A DNA stretch of 64,000 nucleotides from Lama glama (taxonomy: Eukaryota): NCBI GenBank assembly GCA_028534125.1, contig CM052844.1, forward strand, positions 13,206,001 through 13,270,000. The letters run 5' to 3'. Under the pieces are notes generated by a model. The model was not told the origin of the DNA. It saw nothing but the letters and a program-made list of their open reading frames with translations, and did not search any database. Each line of letters begins with the position of its first letter. Position 1 is the first letter of the stretch. The position numbers and the translations under genes were made by a program. Below are positions 26,602-37,420 of the stretch, one piece after another.

Positions 26602-26768
26602 CTCTGCTCCTCAAAATGTGGTCCCCAGACCAGGAGCAATGGCGTCGCATGGGAGTTTGTCAGGAATGTCAAATCTCAGGCTCTCAACCCAGAAATACTG
26701 TATTGGAATCTGTGTTGTACCAAGAGCTCCAGGTAACTTGAATGCATTTAAAGTTTGAAAAGCATCAT
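26602..26768 (+). mobile_element. MER5A-like hAT-Charlie MITE
   Basis: ctcaaaatgtggtccccagacc...gggagtttgtcaggaatg...taaagtttgaaaagca. Confidence 0.75.
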
Positions 26769-26892
26769 TTCATTTCATTGTTTCACTTTAATGAAGGAGT
26801 ACGCAGATGTGCATTAGAAAAAATTGGGGATTTGAAAAAAAATCTATCCTGATGCTTGGGGACCACACCAGTGAATTAAATTAACTTACAGT

Positions 26893-27110
26893 CAGGGTTG
26901 ATACCCACCGTTTCAAAGTAAAATTGCAATTCAGCACATAAAAATACAGAAACATCTGGTTAAATTTGAATTTTAGAGCAACAATAATTCTTTTTTTAGT
27001 ACAAGTCTGTCCCAAATATTACATGGGACATACTTACACTAAACAATTCTTTGCTGTTGATTTGAAATTCAAATTTAATTAAGTATCCTAGATTTTATCT
27101 GGGAGCCCTA
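26893..27110. mobile_element. MER53-like palindromic hAT MITE
   Basis: cagggttg...aaaatacag...ttaaatttgaattt...tgtccca/tgggaca...aaattcaaatttaa...ttttatctgggagcccta, a long imperfect inverted repeat. Confidence 0.75.
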
Positions 27111-27129
27111 ACGTTTATTCCAGAGCAGT

Positions 27130-27310
27130 GAGTGGTTTTCAAATAATAGAGTGCAACAGAAGCACTTGGAGGGATTTATCAACAGAGTCCTAGATCCCAG
27201 TCCTCAGAGCTTCTGATTCAGTGGATTTGGGACAAGGAATGAGAATTTGTATTTCTGACAAGTTTCCTGGTTGAAACGTTGATCTGGGAACCACACTTAA
27301 GAACCATTGG
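27130..27310 (-). mobile_element. MER5A-like hAT-Charlie MITE
   Basis: agtggttttcaaa...cagagcttctgattcagtgg...gagaatttgtatttctgacaagtt...gggaaccacacttaagaaccattg. Confidence 0.75.
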
Positions 27311-27590
27311 TCTAGCATTAGATTTGTCTGAATGGATGCCTTAAATGTGTACAAATTAGTGATGGGAGGAAAACCTCTGGGTAGATACCATGGTTATCTT
27401 CTTGAGCAACATTGTACAGGAAAAAACCTTATAGCGGAGATGAGGATTATATAAACGTCAGGTGCGTGGGTAAGAAAACCAGTTTCCTAGCGGACATGAT
27501 GGGTTTCAAGTGCCAATGGGGCCCCTGCGTGTGCCCCTCCCTTCAGGGCAGTGGGGAGCTTGGCTAGTCTCTAAGAATATCGCTCTAAAC

Positions 27591-28000
27591 CAGAGCTGTC
27601 CCATAGAGACAGTGTGAACCACTGATAAAATTTTTTAAATTTTAGTAGCTACAAGAAAATCATCAAAGAGCAGAAGAAATTAATTTTAATCATAGGTTTT
27701 ATTTAACCCAGTATATTCATCATCTTAATCTGTAATCATTACCAACAATTAATGGAATCATTGACAGTCTTCTTTTTCATACAAAGTCTTTGACATCTGG
27801 TGTGTATTTCACGCTTACATCGCATCTCAGTGAAGACTAGCTACATCCGGTGGGAAGAGTGCAGCCCAGTGGTAAAGCGTGTGCCTAGCATGCACGATGT
27901 CCCGTGTTGAATCCCCAGTACCTCCTCTAAAAACAAACCAGCCTAATTATCACCCCCCAGAAAAACCAAAAAAGACTAGACACATCCCAAATGCATGGCC
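27591..28000. mobile_element. MER3/MER33-like hAT element interrupted by a SINE
   Basis: ccagagctgtcccataga...aaattttagtagctaca...ttttatttaacccagtatat...ggtgtgtatttcacgcttacatcgcatctcagt...gactagctacat. Confidence 0.65.
27849..27971 (+). mobile_element. tRNA-derived SINE (camelid type)
   Basis: tRNA-like head with degenerate A box (cagcccagtgg) and B box (gttgaatcc), tail cctaattatcacccccc plus A-rich end. 16-bp TSD aagactagctacatcc (27833-27848) / aagactagacacatcc (27972-27987). Confidence 0.85.
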
Positions 28001-30284
28001 TGACCTTGGATTGATCACCTGGTCCAACCACCTCACTCTTCTCTGATCACAGGCTTGAGCTGGTTCCCTGGCCAGTTGTACCCTGGGGTTTTTTCCCCCC
28101 AAATTCTTACTCTTGCCTTCCCCTTCCTCACTCCTGAGGTCTGACTCAAAGGGAAAACCATATGAATAAAAATACCAATGTCAAAAATAACTACCAGGAC
28201 TTAAAGGACCTTGTTGCGTGAGTCCACTGCATCTTTGCCTTGGACAGGGTTTTCCATCACCCAGGAGGCGTAACCAAAGTCTCAGTCCAAGAAGCCCTGT
28301 TGAGGCCTTGTTTAATCTAGTTTTAAAATCATAGATGCCAGAGAGACTAACACTTCCCTATGACAGCTTGAATCCCACAGCTTTCACTCTCAAGGAAACT
28401 GGCCCCATGTAAGTAACACAAGTGAAAGACAAGAAAAATCACCAAAAGATGATACGGTCAAAAGCCATAAGTTCCTGGGTAAAATATAAGCAAGGTGCTG
28501 TAGTTGAAACTATCATTTATATTTTTTCCCACAGTCCATTTTATGGCATATTGATCCCATATTTGAAACTCTTTTGGTTGCAAAGTTGTCCAAGAGTTTA
28601 GTCATTTTATGGTAAAAAGCCAAAAAGAAATTATTTATCAAACGATGAGATGGAAGAAGAAATATGCATGGATTTTCTACATATCAGTTCTACTTGCAGA
28701 GCCTTGGAAGTTTCAGATAAGCTTCCACTGTGGGTCCGAGGCTCCAAGAGACTTGGAATTTGGCCACTTCCGTGGAGAAGCAGAGTCGCACAGGGGATTC
28801 AAAAGCTAGGATCGCTGCTGTGATCTAGAATGAGGTTTGAGGTCCTGAGATGCAGGTTAAATTTAACTTAGATGATTAACCAGATGAATTTTCGGCTAGG
28901 ATTTCAGCTGTAAACAATCTGACAGGGTGATTGGCAGCCTCTCATTATAGAGGCGTAGTGATTAATTAACACAGAGCTTAATTAATTTTGTAAGGGAAGG
29001 AACAGTATTTCCTCACAGTGGAAAATCAATATTTGAATACTCGGAGCTCCTTCTCCGAGTTAATTTCACTCAGACGTTGAGCTCACTTTAAATTCCCGGG
29101 TCTTCATAAATGTTACGTGCTTCCAACTATTAAGGATAATTGGGAATATTTATGATATTCTAGCTCAGGTTATTTTTAGAAGAATGTGAAGTGTAAATAC
29201 ATACATTTAAAAATTCTCGTTTCAGTTTCAGAAGTGTTTTTCTATGATCATACTCATCAGGATGTTAAACTACATTGTTAAAGGCAAAGATGTGTATAGA
29301 AACTATGGAAAAAGAACCCCCACCAAGCCCTCGCCCCATCTTTGGTGGGAATTATCTCAATATGGGGCTTAACGCACATTTAAATCATTTTGTCACTGTC
29401 AAAGCCTGGAGAATTACTTCCTTCAATACTGGAGTGAGTCTCAGGGACTCCACAGTACGGAGTTCATTCCCGTGGCATATGACTTAGCAGTAATCTCTAG
29501 TCTGCAAATAAACCAAGAGTGAGGGTTATGTCTTAGGAAAAGTAATGTGCTGGGAGGGGCCAAAGAGAGCTCAGGGGTTGGCAACTGGGAGGGGTGGACT
29601 CTGCCTCTGGCTGGGAAAGAGGGACGATGCCTGCCAAGCAGCTCAGGATGAGGACTGAGCTACGAGGTGGTCCTTGGACCACCTGAGGTCGGACTCAGGA
29701 TGAATAAAGGTGCTCGCTTCCCCGAGGAAGTGAGCACCTTTTTTTTTTTTAATTTAACTTCTTTATTAACAGAATGAAAACAAAGCTTTTGTGGACATTA
29801 AATAGACTCTAACTAATGTCTCATCCTTTCATCCACCAAAGCAACTTAAGAATATTATGTGATTTTTAGAAAACTCTAATGCATTAAAAAAATAATCTTA
29901 TCCACGTGACTATTAGTTCAATCAGGCACATCTCACACAACGTCCTTTTGGCCACTATTTCCTGCTGGAGTCAGCTGTCGTGGGCTCAGCTCCTTGGCTA
30001 GATGTAGAATGGTATCGATTCTGAGATGCTTGTGTTCAATTCCGCTTCAAGGCTGGTTTTCTGGGCAAAGCTTAGACGGAAGACGACATCCCCTTCCACC
30101 TGGCTGGATTCCCTTGACGGCTGAGAGCCAAGGGCGACCTAGCTGGGGTTGACCAGCTGTGCGGAGCGGAGATCGCAGCGAGAGNNNNNNNNNNNNNNNN
30201 NNNNNNNNNNNNNNNNNNNNNNNNNNNNNNNNNNNNNNNNNNNNNNNNNNNNNNNNNNNNNNNNNNNNNNNNNNNNNNNNNNNN

Positions 30285-30625
30285 CTGTATTCTCTGTCCA
30301 TGAGTCTATTTCTGTCCTGTATTTATGCTTTGTTTTTGTTTGTTTGTTTGTTTTTGTTTTTGTTTTTTAGATTCCACATATGAGCGATCTCATATGGTAT
30401 TTTTCTTTCTCTTTCTGGCTTACTTCACTTAGAATGNNNNNNNNNNNNNNNNNNNNNNNNNNNNNNNNNNNNNNNNNNNNNNNNNNNNNNNNNNNNNNNN
30501 NNNNNNNNNNNNNNNNNNNNNNNNNNNNNNNNNNNNNNNNNNNNNNNNNNNNNNNNNNNNNNNNNNNNNNNNNNNNNNNNNNNNNNNNNNNNGCTGCTGC
30601 TATGAACATTGGGGTGCAGGTGTCA
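30285..30625 (-). mobile_element. Young camelid-type L1 3' fragment between assembly gaps
   Basis: Reverse complement of the same ORF2 C-terminus/3' UTR seen at 22232 and 32538 (ILSEVSQKEKEKYHMRSLICGI). Confidence 0.9.
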
Positions 30626-32254
30626 TGCAGAAGCATTTAAATATCTAGAAAAGATGCACCAGCCAGCTGCAGCCCAGGTGATTACCAGAAACAAACTGGC
30701 CATTTGCTGTTGTATTAGACTCTGAAGCAGAGGCCCAGATTGTCACCCCAGCCTGTGAAAGCATGTCCTGGAGTTCGGCTAGACTTTTCTTGAGACCTGG
30801 GTGGTTTCCTTGTCTTTACAAAACAGAGGGAAGTGACAATGTTTACCCCAGCTTCTGCTAAGGCAGCGTGAACCAAGCTCACAAAAATCAGAGCTTGTGA
30901 AGTCCAGAAGAATATACCCAACTACACGCTTTGAATGGTATTTTTGGAAGAAAATGAAAGAACATCTGGTTTGGTTAAGAGAGCAGCCGTCGTTTAAACA
31001 GTGATGTCTGCGGCTGAACTTCATCTGGTCCACACTGGTTAATCCGTAACAGTTCACTATGGTTGACAGCTTGTCTGATTGCTCAGTGCCACTGCTCAAC
31101 CAGGAGGCCCATATTTGAAATATCAAGCCTGGTTATGTCATGGTTTCTGCATCTTTTATATGAAAGGAGTCTTAGAAAAAGTTCTACCTGTTTAGACAGA
31201 CATGTAACAAGTAGACTCTCATATATTGCTCACTGATGTCTGCTAATTGTTTCACTCTTAAACTCAGAACAACCAGAGTTTCATTTCCTACAATGACGTT
31301 TTCTTTCCTCTCACAGCAGAGTTGAAGTAGAAAAATATATCACCTGGACCTTTTGTTTCTTACACACAACGGGCCCCCACCTCTCTGCTTTGTCTCCCGT
31401 TAGTCCTTCGTGGTCCAGCTGGACCAGTCTAGCTGGTAGCTCCCAAATCTGCCTGAGCGTTTCCCTGCTTTTGTGCCTCTGCCTTTGTCTGGTCACAGAA
31501 GTCCCCCATGCTCTCCTGGGATGATGTGGTGCTTAAACTCATGACCTAGCTGCAATCCTGCCTCCTCTGAGCGTTTCTCCACGTCACTAACTAAAGTCAA
31601 TTTTCTCTCTTCGTCTTCTGGTACTTATTAGCTCTCCTGCTACTCAGCGACGATCAGTTGTTTGGGACTGTTTACATTTATTACATAATTGTATTCATAG
31701 TTATTTTCCACGTGCATGTGTGACCTATCCATGTAAAGGGCAAACACATGGAATTTAAAATGATAAAAATTGACCTCAACACTCAGCACAGCGGCTTGCA
31801 CAGAGTAGACCGATTGTTGTCTCAAGCTGCCAAGAGGCATTTAGATGCTTTGTGTTTTCCCTAGCTCAGAGTCCAGTCTGCAAGACTCAGGGGAACCTTA
31901 GAGTTCAATTTTGTCAAAATCAAATGCCTTAATTTTCCACATTTGCATTCCTTTCTCCATCCAACAAGTCCCAGAAAGTCCAGGAAGGCTGTAGGTATGG
32001 GGGAGGGGAAGAGCCTAGAAAATCTTCCAACATCTGGCCCTCCTCTGGCAGCATTGGGGGGGGTGACGGGAGAAGGGGAGAGGAGAGAAGAGAAGGGCAG
32101 GCAGAAGCATCACCAAAAAGGGTATGAGAGCAGGCCTCCTTCATCATCCTGCCAAGCCTTCTTCATTTTGTGCCTTAAAAAATGAAATATTTAATAGAGA
32201 CCTAATGAATGTTTGAATTATAATGTGATGTAGGAGTACAGCTCTGGGAGATAG

Positions 32255-32405
32255 AACCATGAATTCAAAAAATGTACAGATCCTAATCTCTGGGACTCGT
32301 AAATATGTGATCTTACATGGCACTGCTGACTTTGCAGGTGTGATTAAGTTAAGGACCTTCAGATTTAGTTAAGGACCCTCAGATTAAGCTAAGGATCTTT
32401 AGACA
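32255..32405 (+). mobile_element. MaLR LTR fragment (MLT1D-like) ending in a 20-bp triplication
   Basis: tcctaatctctgggactcgtaaatatgtgatcttacatggc...gactttgcaggtgtgattaagttaagga, with the unit repeated at 32342, 32362 and 32382. Confidence 0.7.
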
Positions 32406-32537
32406 GCCTTGCTCATCAGTAAAGCAGAGAAGAAGGTCATCTGCTGAGAATGCTGGAGAGGAGTTGTTGCTGGAAATCTGGGAAGAGAGGAGGAAACCTG
32501 AAACAGTCAAGCAGGCAAATAAGAGAGGAACAGGCAT

Positions 32538-33073
32538 CAAGACATGGAAACAGCCATATTTCCATCAACAGATGACTGGATAAAGAAGAAGTGGTATATT
32601 TATACAATGGAATACTACTCAGCCATAAAAACTGAAAGCATAACGCCATTTGCAGCAACATGGATGCTCCTGGGGAATGTCAATCTAAGTGAAGTAAGCC
32701 AGAAAGAGAAAGAAAAATACCATATAAGATCGCTCATATGTGCAATCTAAACAAACAAACAAAAACAAAGCATAAATACAGGACAGAAATAGACTCATTG
32801 ACATAGAATACAGATTTGTGGTTGCCAAGGGAGTGGGAGGGTGGGAAGGGATAGACGGGATTTCAAAATTGTAGAATAGATAAACAAGATTATACTCTAT
32901 AGCACAGGGAAATATACACAAGATCTTATGGTAGCTCACAGAGAAAGGAATGTGACAATGAATATATATATGTTCATGTATAATTGAAAAATTGTACACT
33001 ACACTGGAATTTGACACAACATTGTAAAATGATTATAAATCAATAAAAATGTTAAAAAAAAAAAGAAAGAAAA
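32538..33073 (+). mobile_element. Young camelid-type L1, 5'-truncated
   Basis: ORF2 C-terminus (DDWIKKKWYIYTMEYYSAIK), 3' UTR and poly(A). Perfect 17-bp TSD aagagaggaacaggcat at 32521-32537 and 33074-33090. Confidence 0.95.
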
Positions 33074-34419
33074 AAGAGAGGAACAGGCATGGGGCATATC
33101 ACGTGATCACTGAACAGCATCACTGCCCACTTGAACTTAATGATAATGAATTTAAAGTGAAGCCAGTTGACATTCCCTTCCACCCTCCCAAAAAGAAAAA
33201 TGGACAATCTTAATTAAAATGTGAAGAAAAGCAACTTTAGAATATTTGGCTATTTTAAATGATTTGTACATAGTCTGTCATAAAAATAGCTATCAAATGC
33301 TCCAGCTGTAAGACAAATCCATAAACTTCGATTCCTCCTCCCCCAGTGTCTAACCTCTAAGGCACACCCCTAGCGTTTTGTATTTATGAGTGGCTTATAG
33401 ATTCTCCTAAGCTGCACTATGTAGGTTGCCAATATTTTAGAATTTCACATTCTTGTTAATGAGTGGTTCCCTGTTCCCCTCCACACAAAATTTACTAAAA
33501 TTACCTAGGTAATAGTACATCGCAGAGCCATGAAATCCAGACAGTATTTTACACTGATTAGAATTGTCACTTTCAGCTGCAGTCTCCTTTCTCCTCCCAA
33601 AAAGGTGCACAAAAATCTCTTCTCCTCTGATCGCATCCGTTTATTCTTGGACATGGTGAGACTTAAATACAAAGTTAGTAACTTTGTCAAAAATACATGA
33701 AAGATAGACAATTTGTGGGGCTGGACTACTCACTGGGTCATCCATTCTCTGCTTACCCGACGAAACTTGGACTGATGGAGTAGATCTCCATCTCCAGGAA
33801 GGGTTAAGGACAGGAAGAGAGGTGAGAGGGTCTCAGAAAGCAGGGCAGCGTCAAAGGCTGAGCCAGATACCAGCTCAGAAGGAGGAAACGTGGTGTTTGT
33901 GGGACCAACTTGCAAATGCAAACAGGAGTAAACCCCAGCAAGGCTCGGCAACAGCTGGATTTCTTCAGTGTTTAAAGTGGTAATAAATGTCCACGACTAT
34001 CTCTGGAACATGATTTATCTCTGAAAAATACATCCATTTAATAGACCCACAAGGATTAGTTAACCAACACTTCAGCTAACAACCAGCAACTTTCACTTCT
34101 CTAACTGGGTACCATTCCAGAAGTTTATCTGTTGGGGGAAAAAATTCTTTTTGCTTCCTTTTACTGGAGTGAGAATCATAATTGTAGGGTTCCCAGGAAG
34201 ACTCTGAAAAGCCCTTAAGCCCTTGGATTTGGGGCGGGGTGGGGGGGGGGTGATTTGAGTTGCAGTTTTCCAAAACCGGTAAATGTGAGGGGTAGAAGAA
34301 ACGATGCATGGGTTCCCTTTTCTCCCCAGGTCTAAGAGTTTACGAACTTTCAAAGGGAGACAGAGGTCAGTCTGAAACTCAGGTGCTGAGAGGTGTGCAC
34401 TGTCGGAGACTTGTGTGTT

Positions 34420-34790
34420 GGGGCGCCCGGAGCGCATCCCGGGGGCGCCCCCGGAGCCGGGCGTGTGCGTCCGGCAGCGGCCGGAGCCCAGGCCCCTCCC
34501 CGGAGCCGCTCGGGCGCCGGACTCTGCCCGGGGCGCGCCCTGCGGGGCGGAGCTCACTCTGGGGACCGCGGAGCCACGACCGCCCCGCGGAGCCGACCGG
34601 CTGGAGGCCCAGAGCCCAGGGCAGGAGCAGCTCCGGGACCTCCGCTCGCTGAGCGCCCTCCAAGGTAGGCGACCCCTGGCGATCCGCGCACAGGCCACCC
34701 CCCAGGTGAACGGATGTCCAGGTGCCCTTGGAGCCGGGGCCCCCAGCGCCGCCCAGCGCCCCAGGGACGTTTTCCTGTAAACAGATCCTC
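34420..34790. promoter_or_regulatory. CCDC68: CpG island / promoter of CCDC68
   Basis: The only strongly GC- and CpG-dense segment in the window. GC box GGGGCGGAG at 34544-34552 is followed by an Inr-consensus TCACTCT (34554-34560). It lies upstream of the coding exons. Confidence 0.85.
34556..34664 (+). other. CCDC68: CCDC68 non-coding exon 1 (5' UTR; start approximate)
   Basis: Donor CAAG|gtaggc at 34664/34665 within the CpG island. No ATG between the Inr and the donor. Confidence 0.6.
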
Positions 34791-36359
34791 GGTGAGGAGG
34801 ATGTTCTCCCTGTAAACCTCTCTTCTGGACTCGGATTCCCTGGGCCAGAAGTCTGTGCTCTTCCGGGAACACAGAATTGCCTTCCCGGAGAAAGGATACC
34901 CACTTCTTAGCCCAGCGTATACCTGATTACCTGATTATTTATTTAGATTGCTGTTATGCAACCCCTTTGGCCAGGGGTCCCCACAATTCAGAGGCGGTGA
35001 AGAAAGCTCTCTGGAAAACGTGCTGTCGCGTGGCGACTTTAACAGGTCACCGCGCTCACAATTTTTAAGAGCATAAACGAATGACTGGGTGAAGTTGGTT
35101 GTCTTACCCTTCATTCATTCATCCTGGTTTCTGTAGCGGCAGGTGTCGCAAAAAGACACCAGCCTATTGGCTGACAGTTCTCCACTGTCATGGGATTTTT
35201 GAGCTGAAGGTTACTCAGCCCCTCGCAGTGGTGGGAAGGAGCCGTGCCATTTTACGGAAAGGGTAGATTTTAGATTGGATGACGGGACTGTAAACTTTCA
35301 ACCTTCTTCTTCTTCTTCTTCAAAAAAAAATCTATGTATGTGGTTGAAAAGAAGTAATTAGCTACAGAAATAATGAGCTGTGTCTGTTTACCATTTGTAC
35401 TATATTTGTCTGGTTTTAGGAATCAAAACCTGTTTTCCTTCTTGGTGTATAGAGGCCAGATGAAATGTCCCAAAGGGAACTGGCCTGCATTCGCAATAAG
35501 GAAAAGATAATCCGTCCTTTTGATTTTACCTAATGCTATTAAATATTCAGTTCCTCAGAAGCCTGGTTTTCCAGAAACACGATCTGAGCTGGAGTCTCAG
35601 GTACCCGAGCGGACACAAGTGGTGCTGCTGTCTCCTGACTCTGGCCCTTCCTCCCCCCTCTCCCCCTACTCTGGAATATCCAAGCATGAAGGTCCCTGAC
35701 AAGGAGGAATTTGTGCCCAAGGCAAGGGCTTCTTAACTGCTAGAAAAACAACGAAAACGGTTTACACTTCCTGTGACCTAGGCAAACTTCTTAAGGTTTT
35801 TACCTTTGTGATTTGCCGAATAAAACTTAGTACCTAACCCTGCACTAACTAAAAAGAGACTTTTGAAATAAACGCAGACACCATTTCAGTTGTATTACTC
35901 ACCTTTGTGGTTTCAGGAACAGGGATGGTGTTCGGTAGCTTATTGGTTTACAAGGGGCTGGACACGGGGCTTGACTTGGAATCCAGATTGTGGACAAAGC
36001 CGGGAAATGGAAGCTGGACTTGCCCAAAACTGAAAAAATGAGCTGTATGTTTATTTGTCTCAAATGATGACCGAAAAAAGGAACCAACTGAAGATTTTTG
36101 AAGGGAATAAGAGTCTTTTAAGGTAGCGGCTTCGAATTTTTGAACTGAGATATTTACATCAAAATTATATGGCCATTTATTGCTAGAAAAATATTTCATA
36201 ATGGCAAAATGTCACTATCAATTTAATAACATGTTAAAGTGAATTGACATTTTACTAAACATGAAGACAGCTATCCACATGAGTTTGGAAAAGAAAAGCC
36301 TGTGTATATATATTCTCAGTTTTAGAAAATATTTGGTGCCCCTGTGGATTTTCAGGCCC

Positions 36360-36490
36360 ATTCATATAGTCATTGAACCAATATTTATTGAGTGCCTGTT
36401 GTGCGAGGCACTATATTTTGTCTTAGAGACACAGGGGGATATGGCTTTGTGTAAATAAGTCATTCTTATCCTGATGGAATTTACACAATA
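36360..36490 (-). mobile_element. L2 3' fragment
   Basis: cattgaaccaatatttattgagtgcctgttgtgcgaggcact... Confidence 0.65.
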
Positions 36491-36989
36491 TTGGAATCCT
36501 TCAGGACAGCCCCAAGGCTCTAGATTAGGAACCGTATCAATCACCATCCATCAGCTTTGGGCAGGAACTGAAACTAGACTAGTTTCAAATCGCAAACTCT
36601 TTTACAATGGTTTGAGTAGTCAAATTTAAAAATTGTAAAGGAACTTACATGTTTTGTAGGGCCATTTTGTCTCTTGCTTAGGTTGGGGAAGAACTTAGGG
36701 ATCATATTTTCTGAGTTAAATACTATGAAATATTGAGATATTAAACCTGAAAGAGCTAAATATCAATTCATGCAAATTAAATTAAAACTAGACTTGTAAT
36801 AGGAGACGCCAGTAATTCAGGGGAGAAAAATCAATGACTGAACATCTTCAAATCAAGAAAATGTTATCCTCCAAGTTATTTTTTCCCTGTACGTTAAAAA
36901 AAAATGACTACGATCCTGTTTTACCTTGGAGGAAAAAAGTGACTTTACACAAGGCATTCTGGCCCGTTTTTTTCTTTTGCTATTTTAAA

Positions 36990-37420
36990 AAAACATTTTA
37001 TTGGAGGTATAGCTTATATACCATAAAATACACCCAGGTGTACAATTCAGTGATTTTTTAGTAAATTTATGGAGTAGCGCAACTATGCTCACAGTCCAAT
37101 TTTAGAACATTTTCATCATCCCTGACCCCAAAATCTCACGTGTCTGTTTGCAGTCACTCCCCATTCTCACCGCCAGCCCCAGGCAACCCCTAGTCTATTT
37201 TCTGTCTCTTTAGATTTCACTTTTTTGGGGCAGCGCCTACAGTGAGATTATACAATGTATGGTGTTTAATATCTGGCTTCTTTCAGCTAGAATCACGTTT
37301 TGGAGGTTCATTCAGGTTGTAGCAAGTGTCACTAGTGGTTCCTTTGTATCATTAGCTAACGTTCATAAAGGTTTGTTGGCTACATCACATTTCACTTACC
37401 AGCTGATGGACATTTCTGCA
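36990..37420 (-). mobile_element. Old L1 3' end (L1MB-like)
   Basis: ttttattggaggtatagc...gtgtacaattcagtgattttt...tttagaacattttcatc...ccccaggcaacc...ctggcttctttcagctag. Confidence 0.8.

Noticed and set aside
27849-27925. tRNA-like sequence as a tRNA gene
   Set aside because: Degenerate A/B boxes, a SINE-type tail and a TSD show it is a SINE.
30149-30184. CpG-rich 36-mer abutting a gap, possibly L1 5' UTR in opposite orientation to the adjacent L1 3' end
   Set aside because: Too short and cut by the gap, so an inversion cannot be told apart from a scaffolding artefact.
34093-34903. Long overlapping ORFs (259, 174, 121, 114 aa) on both strands
   Set aside because: They coincide with the CpG island, where stop codons are rare. 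The peptides are low-complexity Arg/Pro/Gly/Ala-rich with no recognisable homology.
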